Shown piece by piece: positions 1 to 9,512 of a stretch of DNA of 64,000 nt. Below the pieces are notes generated by a model that made no database searches, was not told where the DNA came from, and was given only the letters and a program-made list of their open reading frames with translations. The position numbers and the translations under genes were made by a program. Numbering within the stretch: the stretch's first letter is position 1; each line of letters starts with the position of its first letter. The stretch covers positions 12,276,001 through 12,340,000 of the forward strand of contig JBHGNT010000006.1 in NCBI GenBank assembly GCA_043228905.1, written 5' to 3'. The stretch comes from Azolla caroliniana. Lineage: Eukaryota; Plantae; Polypodiophyta.

Positions 1-3000
1 CACTTGTGCCCCAACGCCCCGTCTCACATCTCAATGCATGCGAGCTAAGTCGCATAGAAGCAATGGTTCGAATGGCAGATATTGGGATGGGCTCTAATAT
101 GTAGCGATGTGTACGGCTTCCCCGTTCCGCGAAGAATATGGTTTTGTAGTTAGGTGCAACATTTATGGTATAATGTGTGAAGCGTGAGCCACCACATTTT
201 TCCCATGTCATGATACATTGGCGTTGCAAAAAGGCCTCATTTACAGAGGAATCTAGTGACGCATCATGAAGCAAGTGTCTTGCATCCCATCTACCAAACC
301 ATTTTTCTAAATCTTGCATCCAACCGGAACACAAAATTTTGCTTTTATGCGTCTTTTGGATCTTTTTGCTTGCTTCCCATGCAATTCGAGGAAGTCGATG
401 TGCGGGGCTTTTTTGAATTTTAAGCATGTATTCAACAACCCTTTCCATGGCCATGACCTCAATGGGAAGTGATCCCGTCTCAAGGAGGAGGAGGTTGTAG
501 GGCGTTTGTTTCTTAACTTGTAGAAACTTTGTGAGAAAATGTTTTTGGACATTTTCAAACTCTTTCCAAGTAGATTTAGGGATGCTACCGCCCCATATTT
601 CCACCCCATAGAGAAGAACCGGGGTCACCAAAGTGTCGAAAAGATATTTCTTGAGGACCCAACACTTAATATCTCCAAGATTGCATGTGTTCTCAAATGC
701 ATAATATGCACGCTTACCCGCCTCTAAGCGGCGTGTAGCACATTCATTCCATTTATGATTTGAAGGAACTTCAAGGCCAAGATATTTGAAGCTTTCCACA
801 CATTCAAGTGGCTCATTGTTGTACATAATGCATGGTTTATCTCTTTTTTGACTCTTCACAAGCATAATCTTTGTTTTAGAGCTATTGACACTTAATTTAG
901 TATGCATGCAAAATTTTTCCAATGCCTTCATAAGCTTTTGTGCATCTCCTAAAGTATTTGCAAAAAGCACTACATCATCCGCATATAACAAAAGCATAAT
1001 CACCACATTCCCAATGGCAACTTCTTCAACACATTCTTCCTTTACAAACTTGGCAACCATTTCTTCTAACTCATCAATGCATAGACCAAATAATGTTGGT
1101 GAGAGTGGGCATCCTTGCTTAACACCAATAGTGCTATTGAAAAAATCTGAAAGTCTATCTCTCATACGCACACAACATATAACCTTCTCATATATTCGGG
1201 AAATTGCAAGCATATATTCACTTGGCACCTCAAGTTCTTCCATTCGCCTCCAAAGATGCTCACGAGGTACCATATCAAAAGCTTTCTTGAAGTCTACAAA
1301 GCAACAATATAAACCTTTACCTCTAAGGCGACTTTCCTCCATTAATACTCGAAGAGTGACAAGATGATCAATTGTGCTATGGTGTTTTCGAAAGCCAGCT
1401 TGTCCATAAGCTCTCTTACCATTTTTTTCTGCCCATACACTTATCTTTAATTCCATTATACATCCAAATAACTTTGCCATTAGTGAGCCAACCATGATGG
1501 TTCGATAGTTGTTTACATTATTTACATCTCCGCCTTTATGAAGAGGTTTAATCCAATTTGTAGTCCAATCATATGGCATACCATGTTGCAATGCATCATT
1601 AAACATATCGCATATCCATATATGTGCTTCCTTTCCCGTCCATTTGAGCATTTCAGCTTTTATACATTGAAGATCACTTGCCTTTCGAGAGGCCAATTTC
1701 TTAAGCCCTATGCATATATCTTCAATTGTAAAGAAGGGAGACATATGTGAAAGAGAACCATAACACATCATCTTTCCGGCAAGAGATAACTCATATAAAT
1801 TTTTACAATGCATAGACAAGTCATGAAGAGTTAAGTCACCATAACTCTCAACACGTTTACCCTTTAGATTTCCCCAAAATTTAGCACATGCATGTGCTTT
1901 CTCTTGCGTTTGGAGAAGTTGTTGAGTAACTTCCCATATTCGTCTCTTTCTTTGAATAAGCCTTTTATAGTCATGCAAATGCTTTTGATAATTTTCTTTA
2001 TCCTTAACTACATCCAAAACCATAAGGCACTTTCGAGCTTCATGACATTCTTTATCAAACCATTTTTTCTTACATTTCTTGGTGCATTTCCATGATGTGC
2101 GATTGGTCGAAAAACATTTGTTTGTACAAGAGAGAATGACATTCTTAAAAGCTTCCCATTTACATTCTAGTGTGCCACCATGTTGTGTCTTTGTCATTTG
2201 TAGCATATCCTCAACCATCTTGGAATACATGGGCGCTCGCTTAAGATTCATGCTCAAATGCATTTGTTTGCTATCTTCAATAACCTTCTCGCAATCAAAC
2301 CTATGCATACATTTGAGATCAATGCATAAAGTCCTATGATCGGACTCCGGTGTCCATTCTCCAAGTGAGAATTTATGTATACGATCCAAAATACCTTCGG
2401 AAAGTAGCATATAGTCAATCACACTATTTCCATTGTGTTTTCTACATGTAAAGCCGTTAGTATTGGGCCATAAGGAAACACCATTTGCAATGAGCAATCC
2501 GGTACTATTGCACATTTGTAGGAGTAATTTCCCAAATTGGTCCGGATCTTTTTCATCGCTAGAAGATCGACTATACATTTGCATATCCTCTTGCATCCTT
2601 GAGATATGGGGCATCAAAGATTCTTGTGAATCAAGTTGGAAACTTCTTGTACGAGCATTCATGTCACCAAAGACAATAACTTCCCCTTTGGATTTGAAAT
2701 AAACAATATCATCTTCTAGATTTGCAAAAGGTTGATCTTTATCCAAACAAGCATAGAAGTTAGAATCTTGATGAGGAATGTAACATCCAACGACAAAAGT
2801 GGGTGAATCATTAGGTGTTTCTATTTTGAGCCATATGTAACATTTATGTTCATCATTTTTTATGATTGACACATATTTCTCTATTTCCTTCTTAATCAAA
2901 CATGCCACCCCTCCTTGTCCTCTTCTTTGTCTTGGATTTTTCTCCCATATCAAAGAGTGTACATTATAGTTTCCTAAACCTTGAATCCTTTGAGTATCAT

Positions 3001-3136
3001 GCTCCCATGTTTCAACAAGGAGTGCGATATCCGAGTCATCGATGAACTCCTCTATGCCGAATCCCGCATTCCATGGGTATCCATTGCAATTCCAAAAACA
3101 TAGTCGTATAAGACGTGGTTTAGTCTCATAGGTCAC
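1..3136 (-). CDS. LINE ORF2 (APE endonuclease + reverse transcriptase), runs off the window edge
   Basis: CFWNCNG (~3092), FVDFKKAFD, GVKQGCPLSPTLF (~1125), LLYADD, MRLSSHALRCETGRW (~10-55). The three points checked share one frame and the ORF track shows no internal stop-bounded ORF in it. Confidence 0.85.
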   Translation of the reverse strand, partial: MTYETKPRLIRLCFWNCNGYPWNAGFGIEEFIDDSDIALLVETWEHDTQRIQGLGNYNVHSLIWEKNPRQRRGQGGVACLIKKEIEKYVSIIKNDEHKCYIWLKIETPNDSPTFVVGCYIPHQDSNFYACLDKDQPFANLEDDIVYFKSKGEVIVFGDMNARTRSFQLDSQESLMPHISRMQEDMQMYSRSSSDEKDPDQFGKLLLQMCNSTGLLIANGVSLWPNTNGFTCRKHNGNSVIDYMLLSEGILDRIHKFSLGEWTPESDHRTLCIDLKCMHRFDCEKVIEDSKQMHLSMNLKRAPMYSKMVEDMLQMTKTQHGGTLECKWEAFKNVILSCTNKCFSTNRTSWKCTKKCKKKWFDKECHEARKCLMVLDVVKDKENYQKHLHDYKRLIQRKRRIWEVTQQLLQTQEKAHACAKFWGNLKGKRVESYGDLTLHDLSMHCKNLYELSLAGKMMCYGSLSHMSPFFTIEDICIGLKKLASRKASDLQCIKAEMLKWTGKEAHIWICDMFNDALQHGMPYDWTTNWIKPLHKGGDVNNVNNYRTIMVGSLMAKLFGCIMELKISVWAEKNGKRAYGQAGFRKHHSTIDHLVTLRVLMEESRLRGKGLYCCFVDFKKAFDMVPREHLWRRMEELEVPSEYMLAISRIYEKVICCVRMRDRLSDFFNSTIGVKQGCPLSPTLFGLCIDELEEMVAKFVKEECVEEVAIGNVVIMLLLYADDVVLFANTLGDAQKLMKALEKFCMHTKLSVNSSKTKIMLVKSQKRDKPCIMYNNEPLECVESFKYLGLEVPSNHKWNECATRRLEAGKRAYYAFENTCNLGDIKCWVLKKYLFDTLVTPVLLYGVEIWGGSIPKSTWKEFENVQKHFLTKFLQVKKQTPYNLLLLETGSLPIEVMAMERVVEYMLKIQKSPAHRLPRIAWEASKKIQKTHKSKILCSGWMQDLEKWFGRWDARHLLHDASLDSSVNEAFLQRQCIMTWEKCGGSRFTHYTINVAPNYKTIFFAERGSRTHRYILEPIPISAIRTIASMRLSSHALRCETGRWGTS

Positions 3137-3142
3137 GTGTCC

Positions 3143-3868
3143 CTATTTGCCTACATTTCCATCTTTAAGCACATCCTTAGCCTTATTTTTCCTTTCTTCA
3201 TATGCTTTACGACGGGCATTTTGTTGTGAGATAGTACGATCTTCACTCACAAAGCATTGCATACCTTTGAGGTATACCCAACTATTTTCGAGTATGATCC
3301 GCCGCTTAGTATCATCCGTCATTGTGCATACAATGGGCCTTTCTCCGGATCGAGTAACACCATGTTTCCCAACTCGGTGTGCCCCATATACATTCACATC
3401 CGACATCCCGTAATGCATGCTAAAAAATTCACCAATGGCCTTTCCGAGGGAAGCGGGTGTTTCCATACTCTCCTCTTTAATCCCACGGATGACAATGTTC
3501 TTTGATCTTCGTTCACGCTCTTTCAATTCTTGGGCATCTATGCTTTCTATATTCTTCTCTTGATGCATCACATGCATATTAGATGAGTTTGATACCCCAT
3601 CCCCACCACATACATCGGCCCATGATTTCGTTGTACATACATTTTTCATCTCACTTACATCCCGCCTCATCGTGTCTAATTTTTCTTCTTTTAAAGCTTC
3701 CTTTAACTCAATCTTATTAAGGCGCTCATTCATTTCAAAAGAAGCTCTCTTACATTCTTGAATCTCTTCTTCAAGTTTTGCAACCACTTTCTTAAGACTT
3801 TCATTCTCAAAGGCAAGAGTTTGGAGCTTAGCATTCTCTTTCATTAGCATCCTAATCTCTTCACCTTG
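3143..3868 (-). CDS. LINE ORF1 (coiled coil/RRM-like), N-terminally truncated
   Basis: ORF 3143..3850; the frame stays open upstream (QGEEIR-M) to the (AG)n junction. Confidence 0.75.
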   Translation of the reverse strand, partial: QGEEIRMLMKENAKLQTLAFENESLKKVVAKLEEEIQECKRASFEMNERLNKIELKEALKEEKLDTMRRDVSEMKNVCTTKSWADVCGGDGVSNSSNMHVMHQEKNIESIDAQELKERERRSKNIVIRGIKEESMETPASLGKAIGEFFSMHYGMSDVNVYGAHRVGKHGVTRSGERPIVCTMTDDTKRRIILENSWVYLKGMQCFVSEDRTISQQNARRKAYEERKNKAKDVLKDGNVGK

Positions 3869-3869
3869 C

Positions 3870-3870
<1 letters not shown>

Positions 3871-3906
<36 letters not shown>

Positions 3907-4259
3907 ACACACAGAGTGTATGCAAGAAAGACAAAGAATGAGCAGAACGTTAAAAGTCTATTACAAAACAACAATAGTTCTCTGTATACCTACAACGTGC
4001 TCAACAACACTATTTATACAAGTCCTAAGAGGACTAACAGAAGTACGATGTACTTCAATGCTAACACGAGGGTCTAACACTAACTACGAGACATTAACTA
4101 CCTAGTACTCTAGGCTGCTACTAGGCTTCCGGTTACTGCTGGATCCGGCTAACCGACTCCCCAGCTCACCGGCTCACCGATCCGGCTCATCCTTCCGGAT
4201 ACCGATCCGGCTCAGGCTTATTTAGCCGATCTGGATCCGGTTGAGCTTGTCGCTCAACA
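3871..4259 (-). mobile_element. Partial Copia LTR, related to the LTRs at 44053-44460/49580-49990
   Basis: Shares ctatttatacaagtcct...tacttcaatgct...gcttg(t/c)cgctcaaca; begins at an (AG)n tract. Confidence 0.75.
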
Positions 4260-4479
4260 AATCCGTTATGAGACCATTGGGTTGTGCTTTGTCCTCTAAT
4301 AGACTACCTAGTTCTCATCTATCTTTTGCATACACCGCCTTTAAGAAGTACAAAACATTATCTCCTTCTAGAAATGTTTGGTCAGTTCTCAAGAGACGAT
4401 TGTACATTTGGTCAAATTCGGTGTACACTCCCGATGTGTTCATGTTCTTCCCCTTCTTCTCTATCCACTTCATCAACGT

Positions 4480-5240
4480 TGTCGTGCCTTTCGGCTCCGG
4501 ATCGTTTGCGTGAGTCGGGTGGGAACCACCGGGGTTTTGGACTAGGAAGAGGAGAGTTTTAAGGCTAATAAGAATATAAATATGTTGTAAGAAAGAGTTA
4601 TAGCAAACTCGTGAATCCCACGAGTGTATTGTATTAGATTAATCAATATGAATATAAGAATATAAACTTCGGTTGAAAGAGAATGATATAGAATTCTCGT
4701 GAATCCCACGAGTATAGTTTATTAATTGGTGTTTTAGGAAATATATCCAATTTCCCAAATATTTTTCACACCTATTACACTGTGCTTCCCATCCTTATGT
4801 AGTGATGAGAGAGACTAAGCATAGCTACATGCTTTTTTCTAATATGTTCATGCACACTAAATGTGCATGTGATGCTTTTCTAATCCTTGCTTTTATTTGC
4901 TAAATATAGTGCTCATACACGCTAGATGTGCACGAGTCACTTTTTAGTTGCTTGCGTTTTTTCTATAAAATATTCACACACTCTAAAAATGCACGATTTA
5001 CCTTTTAATAAAGGTAGGCGCAAATAAAGCACTTATAGTTATTAAATCTATTTATAGAACACTAAAGATAAGGTAGTATAATGGTAAAGTTGAGGTTTAT
5101 TTACGTGGAGGTACAGGGTTCAAATCCTGCCCTATGCACGTGATAAATATCTTGATATTCTTATTTTATTTATTTATATGTAATTAAATCGGTTATATTA
5201 TTTTTACTTTTTCACGTACTGTACGAAATACACTACGACA
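4480..5240 (-). mobile_element. Solo LTR with 4-bp TSD ACGT; same family as LTR 55918-56731
   Basis: TG...CA termini, ACGT on both sides; excision restores the gag frame; strong similarity to 55918-56150. Confidence 0.9.
5067..5138 (+). other. tRNA-like module (Pol III box A/box B) inside LTR; not a functional tRNA
   Basis: Box A TAGTATAATGG 5074-5084; box B GGTTCAAATCC 5117-5127; no clean anticodon arm. Confidence 0.65.
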
Positions 5241-5648
5241 ACGTATGACGAGTCATCCTCGATGCATCTTCAAGCATATATTCAGCCAAAAGAGCCCTTT
5301 CAAATCCCACCCATGTTGTTTGGGCGGCTTGAATCTCCCTTATATGCCCTTGTAACCCAATTGTTACGACATGCTCGAAGGTTGATATTTGCTTCTCTTC
5401 GATGACATCACATTGTTGCATCTCCGTCTTGTATGTAGAGAGAAAATCCATAATGTTTCTTCCACCAAATTGGCTCACTATCTCAACGGTTCAATCGATG
5501 GCCTTGTCTAAGCTTGCATCATTATCTCAAGCTCTTGTAATATGCTCGACAATAGCCACCAACGTTTCCACTTCGTCAGCTTGGGTGTTTGTCGAAGAAG
5601 CCATCTTCTAACCTTCTATTTCAAGCACTTGATCCTTTCTACCGCCTC

Positions 5649-5666
5649 TTCACATCAGATTCACCA
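5649..5666 (-). promoter_or_regulatory. Primer binding site, tRNA-Trp-like (decayed)
   Basis: TGGTGAATCTGATGTGAA versus recalled Trp PBS TGGTGAACCCGACGTGAA, differing only by C>T changes. Confidence 0.6.
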
Positions 5667-5870
5667 CTTTGTTATGTCGTGAAAATCCGTCACTATGTGT
5701 GGATCGTGAAGCGGAGCCACCGGGGTTATGGACGGGAACGAAATAGGGCTCACACGCATAACACAAGGAAGGTTTACACAAATAAGGCACAAGTATATCG
5801 AACGTGTTTGTGAAAAGGAGAGGTGCATGGGCAAGCCTGAATCAACCCCTAGTCACAAGGCGAATGAATG

Positions 5871-6303
5871 TGTTAACTCTTCGGGCCGGACAATGGCCTA
5901 ACACAGGGTGTCTACGGGAGACACTTCACCAAAGGGTGTTACGGCAACCGGATTAGACTTCAACGCTTAATCCGACTTAATCAAGTTACTTATTAGGATC
6001 GTCTTCATAACACGCGTAAGATATAACAATTAAGACAGAACGGCAATTAACACAGAGAGATAACAACGCTTAAGCTTTCATTAATTAACCGCTAACTATT
6101 ACATTGTATCCGGGCCTTTAAATAGGTTTCCAGTCTGTATTACAAAACGGTGCCCTCCGCACCTGTTCGGGATCGGTCCGGATCCGGAACGGCATACCAT
6201 TTTCGGTCCGTCCGTCCACACTCGTAGCTTCATTACAACCACATTCCTACTACTTAATTAGCTCTTCGTTTCCCACTCTGGACTCCTTTCCCGGCCGGTA
6301 ACA
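5871..6303 (-). repeat. 3' LTR of Gypsy 5871-13678
   Basis: TG...CA termini; direct repeat of 13259-13678; TATA-like CCTATTTAAAGG on the minus strand. Confidence 0.9.
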
Positions 6304-6305
6304 CA

Positions 6306-6322
6306 TGGCACGCCTGTGGGAC
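6306..6322 (+). promoter_or_regulatory. PBS-like sequence (tRNA-Arg), inverted, at the PPT position
   Basis: TGGCACGCCTGTGGGAC lies 2 nt inside the LTR; no purine tract on the coding strand. Confidence 0.7.
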
Positions 6323-6357
6323 AGTACCTTGTACGTCGAATCCACAACCGACCCTTG

Positions 6358-9300
6358 CTATTCTTCGTCCAAAATGTCCAGAATGCTTTGTTCGAGAGGC
6401 TCCAATGGTTCATCTGGAAGTGGTTGTTGTTGTTGTTGTTGTTGTTGCTCTGTTGCTGTCTGCTGCGGCGGGTCCGTTGGTGGTTGTTGCGGCTGCTCCT
6501 CCGGTTGTGGCTCTGACACCGGCATCTCCGTCGTTGCTCCCTGCGTCGTGGTGGTCTCCGGTTGACTGGTTCCCGGCTGGCCCTCAGCCGGCGACGGTTC
6601 CTCATCACTAAGGTTAACCGTTGTCGCTTCCCGTGCTTTTTCTTCCCGCACCATGGACCGCTCGTAGCTTTCAAACTGGATTTGAGCGTCCAGCCTATCA
6701 TCGTCCAGCTGAACTACGACCTGCTTGACCTGCGCCAACTGTTCATCTGCCAGGACTTGGAAGTCGTCGGCCAGCTCGTCCCGTATGGCGGTCAAGTCCT
6801 CGGAAGTCAATGTATAACAGTCATCTCCTTCCTTTCGCCGGTTTGCCACATCTGCCCGTAGCAACTGGAGTTCCGCCGCGTTTTTGTGCCCACTTTGTCC
6901 ACCATTTTACGGAGCTTTCATCAATCAAGTGTTTCGTCTGATTCAGCCATGCCCGGAGGATGGACTGAATCCGGCTCGTTCCCAATTGCGATTTGGTTTC
7001 CGCCGCTTGCCGTTCCTCCTTCAGTTGTTTGATGATTTTGACGTTGTCCTCCGCCTGTGCCTTGTAATGCGTCAATTGCCTTTGATATGTGCTTTGTAAT
7101 TTCTGCAATACTGTTGACGCTCTCTCTTTGTCTTCCTGCTGCTGCTTCTGGAGCTCCATCCGGACCTTCTCCGCCTCTTCCAAGCGTCTTGTATTTTCCG
7201 CCCGTTCGTCGGCGATCGCCGTCGCGGCCCGATCAACTGCCTGCTGGAGCTCGGTCATCCGTTCTTTATGCTCCGTTTCCAGCCGTTTGTAGTCCCGGTG
7301 CAGGTGCTCAAAATCATCCGTCTTTTGCTTGAGCCGTGTGTTGATCTGACGACGGGCCCGGTCCTCGCGGTCCTTCTGCTGGCGGAGCTCTTCCTTTAGC
7401 CGTTCAATCTTTGTTTCCGCCGTTTTCTGCAGCTTGTCCTTTTCCTACAACACTTTGTCTTTCTCCTCCTTTAGCCGGTCGTACGCTTGATGGCCTTTCC
7501 GGAGGCTCTCCTCTGCTCGGCGGAGGTTCTCAGCAGTCTTCTTTAATTCGGCTTCGGCCGCCGTCTTCAATTCTTGTTCACGGCTCCTTAGCGCGTCTTG
7601 TGCGGCAAGTTCCTCTCTCAATTCCGCAAGCTCCTGAGCTTGCGCCGCATCTCTCGCCGGAACGGTTTCCGTTGCCGGGGTCTTATTGCTATGTACAGGT
7701 CGTTCCGTTTCATTATTCTGTACACTTACCGGAGTCACCGGTGATTGGATCCGTATTTTGGCCATCTCTGTCGTGACCTGATCCAAGTCTTTTTCAAGGC
7801 ACCGGATTCTGGACTGGGCTGTCTCTAGTTGTTCGGTTGTGACGAGAAACCGTTCGCTTTGCGCTCTTTCTTCCGCCTCTATATACCCCACTGCTCCGGC
7901 TATCTGTTCGCCTATCCACCGGAGCCACAGGCTACCGGTGCCTTGTTGTGCTTGCACGGAGGTTTGACAGATGGGCTCACTTGTAGAGGGGTGGTCCCGC
8001 CTGGTTGCGCCGAGTTGCAGTTCTGTTTCTGCCCGTGGACCATCCTGCTATCCTGGTTCCCCTTGCTCTTCTTCTTGGCTGACCGAGGGAGGCTGCAGTG
8101 ACCTTTCCGGCTCTGGCGGGATGGGACTTGCCGGTGTTGCCGGTGTTGCCGGGGCTTCTGTTTCCGGTGCCATCTGCACCGGTTCCGGTTCCTTCCTTGG
8201 CGTGGGAGTCTCATCAGTATGGGGAGCCGGTGTTCCCTTCGTCTGAGGGTTCGAACGTTTCCCGGCTGTCTCAACGGTCCTTGCCGACGACCGTCGCTGG
8301 AGGTGCTCCGTAGGCTCCTCCTCTATTTCCTCCTCCTGAGCTCCGGCATTGAGTTTTGCCGCCAAGGGGTCCACTTCTCGATTCACCGGTCGGCGGAGTG
8401 TGACCTTTACGGGCCGTGCCGGTGGTTCCTCCTGCGCCTCCGTTGGGCACTTCCGGCTGCCACTTCCTGCTGCCGCCTGTTCTGCATCCGCCACCTTTCC
8501 CTTACTGGCCTTAGAGGCCAACGGCTGTTGCCGTTTGGAAGCCGTCCTTGGGGTGCCGTCAGCCACTCTTCCTCGCTTCTTGGGCTGGACGGTCTGAACG
8601 GGTGGCACCAGCAAGGTGAGCCACTGCGTTACGGCGTGCCATATCCTTCGTCCGTCTCGGCCTTCTTTGCCGTCTTTGCCTCTGACGATCTCGATCGCCG
8701 CACACAACCCGTCTGCGATCAATACCGGCCAATCCACCTTGATCCCTTCATAAGTGGCGATGATCATCCCTGCCCGGTTGTGCGGCATGACAGGGGGTCT
8801 AGGGTACACGTGGCCGTATTCATGGAGCACACGAGCAATTTCGCGGAACAACATATCTCCGCCGCCCTGTGTCCGGTAGCCCTTGTTGGCTAGAGAGTAC
8901 TCACCAAAATACCTGATGAGTTGCTCCGGGGTTGGATTGTCGATCGTGAGTATGCCTCCCTCCGGAAGGCCTGTTAACGCTCGAATCGCCTCTGCCGTTA
9001 TGACCTCTGTATCGATTTCCTTGATCACTTTGTCGGCTTCTTTGTGTGGCGGTACTTCCATCATCATCAAGAAGCCCTCGAGCCCTTGTTGCTTCAGCCA
9101 TGTCTTGGCGGATTCCGACAACGTTTGCGCGTCCATCTCTGTGTCGGGGTCGGCTTGCGGTGGCGAGGATGGATGGTGATGAGAGTGGGGTTGAGAAAGA
9201 GAGAGTTCAGAAGGCGGGGGTTCTCTATGCGCAGGTTCTCGTCTGATGATCTTGCAGCGTTTCGGTGCTTCTGTGCTCCTGGGTTCGCGAAAGTAGAGGG

Positions 9301-9358
9301 TCTCTACGCGCAATGGTTTTTGTCTGTGCATTCTGCCGCCTTTTTCGAGTTTGTGCAT
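6358..9358 (-). pseudogene. Extra ORF of the Gypsy (~1000 codons): globular N-terminal domain, disordered linker, long coiled coil, Q/E/P-rich tail
   Basis: ORFs 8048..9358, 7445..7957 and 6821..7258 share a frame, separated by single TAG stops; one frameshift near 6880-6900 joins 6358..6864. Confidence 0.75.
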
Positions 9359-9512
9359 GTCGCGTACTTAAAATAGCATTATGTCCTGTGGTGGCGCTTT
9401 AAATACCCACTACGTACCTTTTCGCTCCACGCTCTTTCATCCATTCATTCCTCGCTTTTGCATGATTGTTTTTTTTTTTTTTTGTTCAGTTATTATTATT
9501 ATTATTGTGACG

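Larger units (their letters stand above)
1..3868 (-). mobile_element. RTEX-like LINE, 5'-truncated within ORF1; 3' end lies beyond the window
   Basis: ORF1 (coiled coil plus RRM-like segment NIVIRGIKE...AHRVGK...RPIVC) followed by ORF2 with APE endonuclease, RT and an RTEX-type C-terminal motif. Clade assigned from motif recall. Confidence 0.85.

Noticed and set aside
885-2702. Plus-strand ORFs over the LINE, and similar antisense ORFs over Gypsy/Copia pol (e.g. 47470..48288)
   Set aside because: Shadow ORFs of the minus-strand coding frame with no motifs of their own.
5067-5138. Functional tRNA genes here and at 55788 and 56404
   Set aside because: Acceptor and anticodon stems do not pair properly; kept only as tRNA-like modules.
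6358-9358. env gene call for the extra ORF
   Set aside because: No signal peptide or transmembrane helix evident.
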